A stretch of DNA of 52,776 nt, taken from positions 1 through 52,776 of the forward strand of contig CALRFZ010000001.1 in NCBI GenBank assembly GCA_943357015.1, in the 5' to 3' direction. This document shows, piece after piece, positions 1 through 9,742 of this stretch; position 1 is the stretch's first letter, and each line of letters starts with the position of its first letter. Origin of the DNA: Candidatus Staskawiczbacteria bacterium (GTDB lineage Bacteria > Patescibacteriota > Minisyncoccia > Minisyncoccales > Staskawiczbacteraceae). Below the pieces are notes generated by a model. The model made no database searches. It saw nothing but the letters and a program-made list of their open reading frames with translations, and was not told the origin of the DNA. A program made the translations under genes and the position numbers.

Positions 1-536
1 CTAAAAACTTCTTTAAATGTATGAATATTTTTATCTTGTAATTCCTGGGGCAACTTCCATTTGCCAATAATATTATCATTGCCATCAATAATAGTTCCAA
101 GGGTAAATACAGCGGGAACACTTGGGTTTTGCATTAAAAATTCTACCTCTTTTTTAACAATATCAGTTTGATATAAATCATCTTGATGGCAAAAAATAAT
201 AAAATCTCCCTTAATTTCTCCTGATTTTATTAATGTGTTGCAATGATTAAAAACCACGTCATACATTTTTTTGGTCGTTGGAATATTTTTTTCAGCAATA
301 TCAGAAAATTCTTCTTTTTTAAGGTTTGGAATATTGTACCGATAGCTAACTTTCGGGTTTTTAAACGCAATTTCTTTGGCGACTTGTTCGGTATTATCAG
401 TGGATTGATTATTGGAAATGATAATTTGGGTGTTAGCGTAAGTCTGGTTAATAAGCGGAGTCAATGACTTTTTCAGTAAAGGAGCGTAATTATAAGTTAA
501 AAAGCAAACTGTTACTAGTGGATTTTTTTCATTCAT
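1..536 (-). CDS. Glycosyltransferase family 2 (runs off the window start; not in ORF track)
   Basis: Manual translation from ATG at 536: MNEKNPLVTVCFLTYNYAPLLKKSL...QTYANTQIIISNNQSTDNT...IIFCHQDD, a GT-A N-terminus and DD motif; overlaps the stop of the upstream gene. Confidence 0.85.
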   Translation of the reverse strand, partial: MNEKNPLVTVCFLTYNYAPLLKKSLTPLINQTYANTQIIISNNQSTDNTEQVAKEIAFKNPKVSYRYNIPNLKKEEFSDIAEKNIPTTKKMYDVVFNHCNTLIKSGEIKGDFIIFCHQDDLYQTDIVKKEVEFLMQNPSVPAVFTLGTIIDGNDNIIGKWKLPQELQDKNIHTFKEVF

Positions 537-1560
537 TGGTTATCTGTTTAATAATAGTGTCGGCAAAATATTGGGCTGAAAATGGATAGGCTTTTTGGCT
601 AGTCAAAAAAAGTTTAATGTTATTTATGTGATCTAGATAATCTTTATCGGGCATATTTTTAATGTAGCTATAAAGTTTCTCGTAGGTGTCAAAATTTCTT
701 TTATCAATAAAAGTGTTGGATGGAATGTGATCTGTGATATTGCTCGCCCCCAAATAAATTGGCACGCAGCCTGCTAAAAAGCAATCAAATATTTTTTCGG
801 TAATATAGCCCTCAATATCTCTAACATTTTCATAGCAGATGGAGAATTTATATTTTTTATAAGTTTCATTTTTAGATTTAACTTTTCCTTTGTATGAAGG
901 GTAATTGGGTTTTAATAGTTTGGTTAAAAAAGTTAACCGGTTGAGGCGGGCAATATTTATTCCTAAAAAAGTCCCATGAAAATTATATCGGTCCCAGCCA
1001 ATCCCAAACAGGTCAAAATCTTCTAGGTGATGTCTTTCAAACCAGCGGATAGCTTTTACTCTTTCTGAATATAATTCCCCTTGATGTTTCGCAAGCTTAT
1101 TGCCAGCTATAATAGTGCATAGTTTATTTTTTTTATCGGTTTTAAAATTAAATGTTTTTGGAATGTCATGACTATAATTTAATTTAAAATATTTTTTATT
1201 ATCTATTACAGGGTCATTCCAAGTAAAAACTTTTTTAAAATGGGCATGGTTTTTTGTATCTAAATTATCAGGTTTTATTATGGGTGATTCTTGCGCGATA
1301 AGGTAAATATTTTTAAAGTCGTTTTTTATTAATTTTTTAAAATATGGGTTATTGATCCCAGGGAATTCAATAAATACTATGGCGTCAAAATTTTCTAATT
1401 TATCCATATCGATGGTGTTAACTTTGTGCCCCATTTTTTTTAATTGTGTGCCTAAAAAAACAAAAGGGTAAACTAAATTGTCTCCAAACCATGAATTAGG
1501 ATCCAAAAACATCCGATTTTTATTAAATGCTTTAGTGTGATTATAAAAGCCTATATGCAT
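529..1560 (-). CDS. Glycosyltransferase family 10 (fucosyltransferase-like)
   Basis: YKFSICYEN...GYITEKIFDCFLAGCVPIYLG is the GT10 donor-binding motif. Confidence 0.85.
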   Translation of the reverse strand: MHIGFYNHTKAFNKNRMFLDPNSWFGDNLVYPFVFLGTQLKKMGHKVNTIDMDKLENFDAIVFIEFPGINNPYFKKLIKNDFKNIYLIAQESPIIKPDNLDTKNHAHFKKVFTWNDPVIDNKKYFKLNYSHDIPKTFNFKTDKKNKLCTIIAGNKLAKHQGELYSERVKAIRWFERHHLEDFDLFGIGWDRYNFHGTFLGINIARLNRLTFLTKLLKPNYPSYKGKVKSKNETYKKYKFSICYENVRDIEGYITEKIFDCFLAGCVPIYLGASNITDHIPSNTFIDKRNFDTYEKLYSYIKNMPDKDYLDHINNIKLFLTSQKAYPFSAQYFADTIIKQITNE

Positions 1561-1630
1561 GGTAATAAAATAAAAATTTAAAAGTTAAAAGTCAAAAATT
1601 AAGTTAATTTTGAATTTTATTTTTAATTAT

Positions 1631-2194
1631 TTAAATTTCTATCCCTTCCTGTTCTTTAATAAATTCTTTAAAGCTTTTGGCATTAGAGTCTTTTTCGGAT
1701 AAAATTGGCTGGCCAGTTAATTGCCAGTCAATATTTAAATCTGGATCACTCCACTTAATTTGACGTTCGGCATCGGGATTGTGATGGTTATCCATTTTGC
1801 AAAGCACCATAGTATTGTCAGTTAGGGCGCAAAGACCGTGAGCAAAGCCCCTAGGGATATAAATCATCTTTTTATTTTCAGCCGAAATTACAACACTACT
1901 CCATTGACCAAAAGTTGGAGAATTTTTTCTCAAATCCACAAACACGTCTAGGCTTTTTCCCTGCAAAACTCGGACTAATTTAGCTTCCGCATACGGCGGT
2001 AGCTGAAAATGTAAACCGCGAATAGTACCTTTTTTTAAGGATAAATTATGGTATTCCTGTACCCAATTTTTATTGATGTGGTTTTGCGCAAAAACTTTAT
2101 CGTCATAGGTGCGCATAAAAAAACCACGAAAGTCTTCTTTGGCTTCTAATTGAATTTCAAATACTCCTTTGATTTTATCCTCTTTTATCGTCAT
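1631..2194 (-). CDS. rfbC: dTDP-4-dehydrorhamnose 3,5-epimerase family
   Basis: DFRGFF, GTIRGLHFQ, VDLRKNSPTFGQW and IPRGFAHG motifs. Confidence 0.9.
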   Translation of the reverse strand: MTIKEDKIKGVFEIQLEAKEDFRGFFMRTYDDKVFAQNHINKNWVQEYHNLSLKKGTIRGLHFQLPPYAEAKLVRVLQGKSLDVFVDLRKNSPTFGQWSSVVISAENKKMIYIPRGFAHGLCALTDNTMVLCKMDNHHNPDAERQIKWSDPDLNIDWQLTGQPILSEKDSNAKSFKEFIKEQEGIEI

Positions 2195-3165
2195 GCTATT
2201 TTTCTAATTTTGTTATGTAGTAATTTGCCAAATTTAACGACAGAGTTTGGTATGAAAAATACGAGGGTTGCTATAAATAATGGTAAGGGATATTTATAAA
2301 AAACCTGATAAATGCGTTTCAAATTAGTAAAAGAACATTTTAATCCAAATGTTTTGGCAATTAGTAATGCCATTGGCAAACTCTTAGAAAATCGGTTGGT
2401 ATTATAATCAATAAATTTTTTGCTATAACCAAATGCGCCTAGTTTTTCCCAAATTTTGACAAAATTTATGGCAGTTAAAAATGTGCCACCATTTTCTGCC
2501 CATCGGTAATCTTGGCCAGTATAAAGTAGGGGGGTTTTAATGTATCCTAGTGGCAGAATTGTGTTTCCAATCATTTTTAAAGCAAATTCATAGTAATTAA
2601 AATATGTCTGATAATTACTTTTGTCTACGGCAAGCCAAAGTTTTCGATTAACAATCAGGGCCCCTAGGGTGGCGATACAATAATTTTTGTTGCAAAATTC
2701 TTCAGCTGAATTTAAATATTCTACAAAATTTTCACTATTAAAAACTTTTTTTTCTAAAGCTTTTGCAATATCAATGAATGGATAAAAATGAATCCCTAAT
2801 AATGCAACTTCTTTTTTTTGCAAAACTTCAATTAATATGCTCAATGATCCATTTTGAATCGCGTCGTCATCTCCTATATGCCAGCAGTACTTTCCCGTCG
2901 CTTTCATTACAGAATTAGTGACGTTGTCGTCCATGCCGATATTTTCTTGATTTCTAAAGTATTTTAGATTAATGAAATTGGATTGGTAGTTCTTAACTAA
3001 ATTAAAGGTATTATCTTGACTAGCGTTATCTGATACGACAATTTCAATTAAATTTTTAACTTTCTCATCATCAAGCTGAATAAAAATACTATCCAGGCAA
3101 TTTTTTAAATAATTTGCTCGGTTGTATGTGGGGATGCAAATGCTAAGTAAAAATTTATTTTCCAT
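2191..3165 (-). CDS. Glycosyltransferase family 2 (RfbV-like)
   Basis: LSICIPTYNR, VSDNASQD, IGDDD. Confidence 0.85.
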   Translation of the reverse strand: MENKFLLSICIPTYNRANYLKNCLDSIFIQLDDEKVKNLIEIVVSDNASQDNTFNLVKNYQSNFINLKYFRNQENIGMDDNVTNSVMKATGKYCWHIGDDDAIQNGSLSILIEVLQKKEVALLGIHFYPFIDIAKALEKKVFNSENFVEYLNSAEEFCNKNYCIATLGALIVNRKLWLAVDKSNYQTYFNYYEFALKMIGNTILPLGYIKTPLLYTGQDYRWAENGGTFLTAINFVKIWEKLGAFGYSKKFIDYNTNRFSKSLPMALLIAKTFGLKCSFTNLKRIYQVFYKYPLPLFIATLVFFIPNSVVKFGKLLHNKIRKIA

Positions 3166-3166
3166 T

Positions 3167-3964
3167 TTATTTACTTTTTCTCTCTGCTAAATAGTTGGTG
3201 GTAAAAAACACCTCTTGGGTTTCATTATAATTTTTCAAGGGACAAAGTCCATCCCTTAAAACCCGATAAATATTATAGTTTTCTGATAATAGATAATAAA
3301 AATCTTTAAAATAAGTTCTGGAATCAATATTGGCGGCCGAAAATTCAAATTGGATAAAATCAATGTTTTTCTTTATCATTTCTTTTGCTCCTTGCAAGGC
3401 AAAAAATTCGTGACCCTCAATATCCATTTTTAAAAAGTGGATGTGGCTAACGTTATGTTGTCTACAAAAATCATCGATGGTTGTCAATTCGATTGTTTCA
3501 GAAATATTCATAACTCTATTTTCATGATCTAATTTTCTCTGGTAAACGCTAGCATACACAGAAGTTTGATAGTCATAAAAAAGTGACATTTTTTTAGCTT
3601 CATTGCTAAATCCAAGATTATGCAGTAAAACTTTTTTGCCAGCCAAATTTATTTTTAGTTTTTGAAACGTTGTATTAGAAGGTTCAAAAGCATGAATTTG
3701 AATTTTACGATTTTTGAGATGCTCTAAAAGCATGTTGGAATAATCTCCCAAATGCGCGCCAACATCAAAAATAACTAATGCTATACCATTAGGTAGTTTT
3801 TTTGATACATAATCAACCACATTTGCTTCGCCACTATTTTTAACCACGGCTCCACCGCTAAAATTCATTCCCACGAGAGAAGTTTTATAAAGGAATAAAA
3901 AAAATCTTTGCAAATAAACTCTACCTCTAATTAGTTCTCTAAAATAAGCGATTAGCTTTTTCAT
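3167..3964 (-). CDS. FkbM family methyltransferase
   Basis: FDVGAHLG, AFEP, KMDIEGHE. Confidence 0.9.
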   Translation of the reverse strand: MKKLIAYFRELIRGRVYLQRFFLFLYKTSLVGMNFSGGAVVKNSGEANVVDYVSKKLPNGIALVIFDVGAHLGDYSNMLLEHLKNRKIQIHAFEPSNTTFQKLKINLAGKKVLLHNLGFSNEAKKMSLFYDYQTSVYASVYQRKLDHENRVMNISETIELTTIDDFCRQHNVSHIHFLKMDIEGHEFFALQGAKEMIKKNIDFIQFEFSAANIDSRTYFKDFYYLLSENYNIYRVLRDGLCPLKNYNETQEVFFTTNYLAERKSK

Positions 3965-4917
3965 AAATAATATTCTTTATTTTCTTTAAACCAATTTATG
4001 GTTTTGGCAATTCCTGATTCAAGGCTGTGAGTAGGTTTCCAGTTAAATTCAACTTTAGCTTTTTTGTTATTTGCTTGAAAAAAATCCGGCTCTTCATAGT
4101 AGCTTTTACGTTTGCCATATTTTGCATTAATTTTTTTGCCTAATAATTTTTCAATAGTTTTAACTACTGACTCAATATTATGTTGCCTGCCTGAGCCAAT
4201 GTTAAATGTGTCTGCCTGATAGCGTTTTTTATTTTTTATGATTTTTAAAAAGGCGTCAGTTAAGTCTTCAATAAAAATAAAATCCCTAACATAATTAGGC
4301 GAACTTAAATCTACATTTTTATTATCTAGGGCGTTTAAGATAATGTGGGGGATTAATCTTTGTCCATCTTCATAAAAACCGTAGGCGGTAAATAGTCTTA
4401 AGTTAATAACTGACATCTTGGTTTGCGCCACAACTTTTTTTAGCAATAATTCCGTGGTCAATTTGGTAATGTGATAAGCGTTTGACGGATCAACTGGGTC
4501 ATTTTCATTTAGGCTGGATTTTTTAGCCTTATATTCCCCGCAACTGGCAGTATGAATAAAACAGCGCACATTACAATTTTTTAGCGCATCAATTAAATTT
4601 AATGTTCCCTTGATATTAATATCAATCATTTTTCGCACATCTGTTTGAATAGCGCTGTAAACCCCATAAGTTGCTAAATGAAAAACAAAATCTGGCTTTA
4701 TATCATCAATGGTTTTTTGTAACTCTGCTAAGTTTTCAATGTCAGTATAATTAATGGTAATACTGCTTAATATGCCTTCTAGTCGCCACAAATTAACGCC
4801 ATTTTTTTCAATAATAAACACTTTAAAACCACTCTGCGAAATTAATTTTCTAGCTAAATTCGCCCCAATAAAACCTGCCCCACCGGTGATTAAAACTTTT
4901 TGGTTTTTTGTTGTCAT
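3961..4917 (-). CDS. NAD-dependent NDP-sugar epimerase/dehydratase/reductase
   Basis: ITGGAGFIG, YxxxK (YHITK), RDFIFIED. Confidence 0.85.
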   Translation of the reverse strand: MTTKNQKVLITGGAGFIGANLARKLISQSGFKVFIIEKNGVNLWRLEGILSSITINYTDIENLAELQKTIDDIKPDFVFHLATYGVYSAIQTDVRKMIDINIKGTLNLIDALKNCNVRCFIHTASCGEYKAKKSSLNENDPVDPSNAYHITKLTTELLLKKVVAQTKMSVINLRLFTAYGFYEDGQRLIPHIILNALDNKNVDLSSPNYVRDFIFIEDLTDAFLKIIKNKKRYQADTFNIGSGRQHNIESVVKTIEKLLGKKINAKYGKRKSYYEEPDFFQANNKKAKVEFNWKPTHSLESGIAKTINWFKENKEYYL

Positions 4918-4963
4918 AGATTGAATTTAATTATAATATCACATCTTGGTAGGCGGTAGAATA

Positions 4964-4992
4964 TTGACTTTACTTAAAAAATATTATAGTAT
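4964..4992 (+). promoter_or_regulatory. Sigma70-type promoter for the Nudix gene
   Basis: TTGACT-N17-TAGTAT. Confidence 0.6.
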
Positions 4993-5054
4993 TTTTGCAG
5001 AGTCGCTATTACTATTTTTAGGTTTTTGGGATATTTTTACCAGAAAGGTGTATT

Positions 5055-5831
5055 ATGTTTAGCAGTCATAATGCCAAAGAATCTTTGAAAAGCGTTAATT
5101 GGGTAGAGGGCAAGATTTTCCCTGTTGCTCAAGGCCCGTATCGCTATCAGATTGTTGTTCACTGTAGTAGCGTGGGTCGTCAAAAGGCAGAGTTTGCCAA
5201 TGGCGAATATAGCTACTTTTGCTATGTGGAATTGTGCGCTGGCAATGGTTCGTGGATTGAAAAGGGCACTGGCATTGTTCCTGTGTTGCCAGACGGTCGT
5301 CTGTTAATGGTGATAGAACAACGTCCCGCTCAAGGGAGGTATACGAACCGATCAACTTTGGCCCAAATCGGTGGCAAAAAGGTTGATCTTGCTAAGTTTG
5401 GTCCCTACAGTTCCTTGGAATTTCCCGGTGGGGCTTTGGATCCAAACGAAGGTTTGAAAATGGGTGCCCTACGGGAATTGGTGGAAGAAACCGAAATCGA
5501 AAGCCAAGAAGCCACGCTTTACCGTTGCCTTCGCCCAGTCTATTTGTTTGGGTCGGACATCGCCATTCAACACTACTCTAGTTTTGTGTATCTTTCTGGT
5601 CTTAATTACCAAGAAAGGACAGAAGGCGACGGTGGCTTAAACGTGGTGGCGCTTACGAAAAAGGAGGTTATGGAAAACATCCATAATGGCGTCATTGCTT
5701 CTGGTCAGGCAGCTTTGGCTCCGTGGAACTTCTATCTTGAAGTTTCTCGTGGCTTTTTTCCCGCATCCGATTTGATTAAGTTTGGCTATATCAACATCGA
5801 AAAAATCAAAATTGCCAAACCGGCAAAGTAA
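5055..5831 (+). CDS. Nudix hydrolase-domain protein
   Basis: Nudix box G-ALDPN-E-GLKMGAL-RELVEETEI preceded by LEFPG; AAAGGTG upstream of ATG. Confidence 0.8.
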   Translation: MFSSHNAKESLKSVNWVEGKIFPVAQGPYRYQIVVHCSSVGRQKAEFANGEYSYFCYVELCAGNGSWIEKGTGIVPVLPDGRLLMVIEQRPAQGRYTNRSTLAQIGGKKVDLAKFGPYSSLEFPGGALDPNEGLKMGALRELVEETEIESQEATLYRCLRPVYLFGSDIAIQHYSSFVYLSGLNYQERTEGDGGLNVVALTKKEVMENIHNGVIASGQAALAPWNFYLEVSRGFFPASDLIKFGYINIEKIKIAKPAK

Positions 5832-5833
5832 TT

Positions 5834-5875
5834 AAAAAGGGGTACAGAGAGAATTTCTCTGTACCCATTTTTTTT
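5834..5875. terminator. Bidirectional intrinsic terminator
   Basis: GGGTACAGAGA/TCTCTGTACCC perfect 11-bp stem with A5 before and a T-run after, between convergent genes. Confidence 0.8.
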
Positions 5876-5877
5876 GT

Positions 5878-7668
5878 TTAACTTTGCAAGAAGTTATTTT
5901 TATGCCACTCAAAGGTTTCTTTAATGCCTTGCTCAAAATTGGTTTTTGGTTGCCAGTTTAGTTTTTCGCGGGCTTTTGACCAGTCTAAGTATTGCGCGGG
6001 GATTTCGTTTTTAGTTTCGTTTAAAATTCTATAATTTATTTTGATGCCCAAAATTTGTTCTGATTTTTTAATGACATCTAGTACGCTTAAAACATTTTCT
6101 GATCCAAAATTAAAAGCTTGGCCAAAACTTTCTTTGTGACTGGCCAGTTTAATGCAACCATCAACAATATCTTTAACATAAGTATATTCGCGTATCATAG
6201 TTCCGTCGCTTCGGATTGACAGTTCCTTGTTTCTTTTGATTGATTCTATGATCCCCGGAATAATTCGGGAAAAATTAAGGTCGCGAGGTCCAAAAACATT
6301 GGAAAATCGGGTAATTAAAATTGGTAGACCATAAGTTTTGGCATAGGTTTGAGCAATTAAATCGGCGGAAGATTTAGATACATCGTAAGGGTGATCGCCT
6401 TTTAACGGATGATTTTCTGCGTAAGGAAGACTATTGGATGTTCCGTAAGCCTTGTCTGATGAAACAATAATAATAGATTCTAAATTTTTACGTTGACGGC
6501 AGATTTCCAAAATGTTGGCGGTGCCCATAACATTGGTTTCTATAGCATCATAAGGATTTTGATAAACTTCCTGCACTAAAGGTTTGGCGGCAAAGTGATA
6601 AACAATAGTGGGATTTTCTTTGGCAAAAATGTCAGCAATTTTTTTGTCGCGAACATCCGCTTGATAAAAAATGGCTTCCTTGGGTAGATTTTCTTTTTTC
6701 CCAGAAGACAAGTCATCAATAACAACTACTCTTTGACCCTGATTGATTAATTCGTGCACCAAATTACTGCCAATAAAACCAGCGCCACCCGTAACTAAAA
6801 TTGTTTTTTGCTTTGACTCATCTAAGCCTTGCGCAAAGATGTCTGGAACTGGAATGAGTTTTGGTTTAATTGGGTTTTCTTGCCAAATACGCCATTTTGG
6901 GTCGGTTTCCCATAATTTGTTTAAATGTAAAAAATCTTTGTGAGTGTCCATACCATACCAAAAGCCTTCGTGTTTATAAAGCGCCAGTTGTTTTTGTGGA
7001 ATTAGTTTAATTAAAGCGTCCTCAATCATTTCTCCTGATTTAATATAGTCAAAAATTTCTTTATTAAAAACCATAAATCCGCCATTAACATAATCATAAA
7101 GCATTGGTTTTTGAGCAAATTCAGTAACTAAGCTGTTGTCATCGGAATTTACTAAGCCCCATTTTGATTCTGGATGTACGCCTGTAATAGTGGCAATTTT
7201 GCCGTGAGATTTGTGAAATTTAACTAAGGCGTCAATATCAATGTTGGCCACGCCATCGCCATAGGTAACCATAAATATGTCCTCTTTAATATAAGGCTTG
7301 ATTTTTAAAACTCTTTCGCCATGAGGAGTTTCTAGGCCGGTTTCAGCAAAAATAATATTAAAATCGTCTCTTTGAGTGTCGTTATCTAAGAAATTAATAA
7401 TTTCGCCTTTATTGGTATTTAGTAAAAAATCAGACGTATGATGTTTTTGTCTGATAAAGTAGTCTTTAACAGTGTTGCCTTTATAGCCCAGCGCCAGCAC
7501 AAAATCTTGATAACCATAATGGTTATATATTTTCATAATGTGCCACAAAATTGGTTTGCCACCAATTTCCACCAAAGGCTTGGGTTTAAATTCCGTTTCT
7601 TCTTTTAGACGAGTGCCTGTACCGCCACAAAGAATAATAACTTTAATTTTCTCAGATTCAGTATCCAT
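5878..7668 (-). CDS. Fused glucose-1-phosphate cytidylyltransferase (RfbF-like) and NDP-sugar 4,6-dehydratase-like domain
   Basis: N-term ILCGGTGTRLKEETEFKPKPLVEIGGKPILWHIMK and TYGDG; C-term ILVTGGAGFIG, SSDKAYG, YDVSK. Confidence 0.85.
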   Translation of the reverse strand: MDTESEKIKVIILCGGTGTRLKEETEFKPKPLVEIGGKPILWHIMKIYNHYGYQDFVLALGYKGNTVKDYFIRQKHHTSDFLLNTNKGEIINFLDNDTQRDDFNIIFAETGLETPHGERVLKIKPYIKEDIFMVTYGDGVANIDIDALVKFHKSHGKIATITGVHPESKWGLVNSDDNSLVTEFAQKPMLYDYVNGGFMVFNKEIFDYIKSGEMIEDALIKLIPQKQLALYKHEGFWYGMDTHKDFLHLNKLWETDPKWRIWQENPIKPKLIPVPDIFAQGLDESKQKTILVTGGAGFIGSNLVHELINQGQRVVVIDDLSSGKKENLPKEAIFYQADVRDKKIADIFAKENPTIVYHFAAKPLVQEVYQNPYDAIETNVMGTANILEICRQRKNLESIIIVSSDKAYGTSNSLPYAENHPLKGDHPYDVSKSSADLIAQTYAKTYGLPILITRFSNVFGPRDLNFSRIIPGIIESIKRNKELSIRSDGTMIREYTYVKDIVDGCIKLASHKESFGQAFNFGSENVLSVLDVIKKSEQILGIKINYRILNETKNEIPAQYLDWSKAREKLNWQPKTNFEQGIKETFEWHKNNFLQS

Positions 7669-7714
7669 AAGTTTACGGATATATTAAACTAAATTGAGCA
7701 TAAACGCAAGATTC

Positions 7715-8512
7715 TTACATTAAGTTTTCAATACTAATGCCCATATAATAGCTTTCTAAGCCCTTGCCAATATCTAGGACTTGGTAACCCATAAAAGATA
7801 AGTCATAGATTGTGGTTTTAGCTAAGCCAGCTGACATTAAAATCACAAAGTTATTTTTAGGCAGACCCGTTTTATAAACAAGGTCAATAATATCTTGCTG
7901 TATTTTTTTTCGGCTCTCATATGTATTTTTATTTTCACAAATAATATACTGATAATTATTAGATGCTAGCGGGGAATTTTGAATTTTTATTTTATGATCA
8001 TAATTTGTAACAATAACAACTTTCTTGGTTTTTATGTAAGGCAATATAAGTTTTTCAAATTTTCCGTTTCTATAAAAAGCTAATTGATCAAAATATCTAG
8101 CATTTTTATTAAAAATTAATTCGTAAGTTATTTTAAATTGTCGGTAAAGATAAAACCGGTTAATTTTTTTTAACTGTAGGTTAGTATAGTTAACTGGCGG
8201 TGGAATTGAAATGATGTAGGGGGAATCATCGGAATAATTTTTAATAATTTTTAAAAAATCATTTCTAATTGCATCGCTATAAACTTGGTAGCGAACTTGG
8301 CAAAAATGTAGTAAGCCCATTTCTCCGTCACCAATTCTAATCATAGATTTGCCTTGATTAATGGCGCTAGCAAATTCTTCGTCGCTATAAAATGAACAAT
8401 TGTTGTGGTGGTTGTTTTGAAAATAACGGTAAAGATACATTAGAAAATATCTAGTATCCTTAAATAAATACCTGTTAATTACCTGATATGACCAGATTAA
8501 TTTTTCAAACAT
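7715..8512 (-). CDS. GT-D fold (DUF1792-like) glycosyltransferase
   Basis: SMIRIGDGE and QVLDIGK motifs. Confidence 0.7.
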   Translation of the reverse strand: MFEKLIWSYQVINRYLFKDTRYFLMYLYRYFQNNHHNNCSFYSDEEFASAINQGKSMIRIGDGEMGLLHFCQVRYQVYSDAIRNDFLKIIKNYSDDSPYIISIPPPVNYTNLQLKKINRFYLYRQFKITYELIFNKNARYFDQLAFYRNGKFEKLILPYIKTKKVVIVTNYDHKIKIQNSPLASNNYQYIICENKNTYESRKKIQQDIIDLVYKTGLPKNNFVILMSAGLAKTTIYDLSFMGYQVLDIGKGLESYYMGISIENLM

Positions 8513-8583
8513 TTGGGTTGATTTTTGCGGTTATAAATTATATTATAATAGAATAATTTTATACTAATCACAAGCTAAAAATA

Positions 8584-9738
8584 ATGGAAAAGGAGAGAAT
8601 TAGAGTGGTATTTTTCCTACCTTCTTTAGAGGTGGGTGGAACTGAAAGGGGAGTGGTTAATCTTGTTAATTATATTGATGAGCAAAAATATCGCGTATCA
8701 ATATTATTAGGGAAGTTAAAGGGTGATTTTATTAAAGAGGTAAAATCTAGTATTGAAATTGAAAATCTTAACGCTTCTGTAAGTTTGGGTTTATTTTTTT
8801 CTTTAGTTCGTTATTTTAAAACTCAAAAACCAGATATTTTTATATCGGCGTTTCCGCGCGTTAATGTAATTTGCATATTGGCTAAAATATTTTCGGGCGC
8901 GTCGGTTAAAATAATTATTACAGAGCACTCGGTGTTTTCTATGTTGCCGGTTATTGCCAAAACTTCTTTTCGTCGTCTAATTGCGCGTTTTTTTATGCCT
9001 GCTATGGTCAGATTTTTGTATCCTAAGGCTGATGCGATAATTTGTGTTGCCCGTGGCATTGCTAGTGACCTTCAGAAAAGTGTCAAAACCAAAAACGATA
9101 TTAAAGTTATATATAACCCAGTTATTAACGACGGTATTTATCAACTTGCCTTGGAGCAGGTTAATCACTTATGGTTTGTAAATCAGGATATTCCTGTTAT
9201 TGTTGCAGTAGGTAGGTTAGTTGAATGCAAAGATTATCCTAACCTTTTTAAGGCTTTTAAGCTAGTTCTAAAAAAAAAGCCTACGCGGTTGGTAATTTTA
9301 GGTGACGGTCCAGAAAAAGAAAATTTAAGAAATTTAGTTAATCAAATGGGCTTATCAAGCAGTATTGCTTTTTTGGGGTTTCAGTCAAACCCGTTTAAAT
9401 ATATGAAGCAATCCTCGGTTTTTGTTTTATCAAGCTTGCAGGAAGGTTTTGGAAATGTAATTATTGAAGCAATGGCCTGTGGAGTGCCTGTAGTATCTAC
9501 TAATTGCCCTGTTGGACCGGGAGAAATAATAGAAAATAATAAAAATGGTATATTGGTGCCTGTTGGTAATTATCAAAAAATGTCCGATGCAATTTTGGGT
9601 ATTTTAAATAATTTACAGTTAGCAAAAAATTTAATCAGTAGTGGCAAGGAGCGAGCAGAATTTTTTTCTGTAAATAAAAGCGTTGCAGAATATGAAAAAG
9701 TTTTTGAAGAATTAATGCAGGTGACACCAATTTACTAA
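8584..9738 (+). CDS. Glycosyltransferase family 4
   Basis: GGTER, VGRL, EGFGNVIIEAMACGVPVV. Confidence 0.9.
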   Translation: MEKERIRVVFFLPSLEVGGTERGVVNLVNYIDEQKYRVSILLGKLKGDFIKEVKSSIEIENLNASVSLGLFFSLVRYFKTQKPDIFISAFPRVNVICILAKIFSGASVKIIITEHSVFSMLPVIAKTSFRRLIARFFMPAMVRFLYPKADAIICVARGIASDLQKSVKTKNDIKVIYNPVINDGIYQLALEQVNHLWFVNQDIPVIVAVGRLVECKDYPNLFKAFKLVLKKKPTRLVILGDGPEKENLRNLVNQMGLSSSIAFLGFQSNPFKYMKQSSVFVLSSLQEGFGNVIIEAMACGVPVVSTNCPVGPGEIIENNKNGILVPVGNYQKMSDAILGILNNLQLAKNLISSGKERAEFFSVNKSVAEYEKVFEELMQVTPIY

Positions 9739-9742
9739 TTTT

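Noticed and set aside
243..467. 74-aa plus-strand ORF
   Set aside because: Antisense to the partial GT2 gene at 1-536
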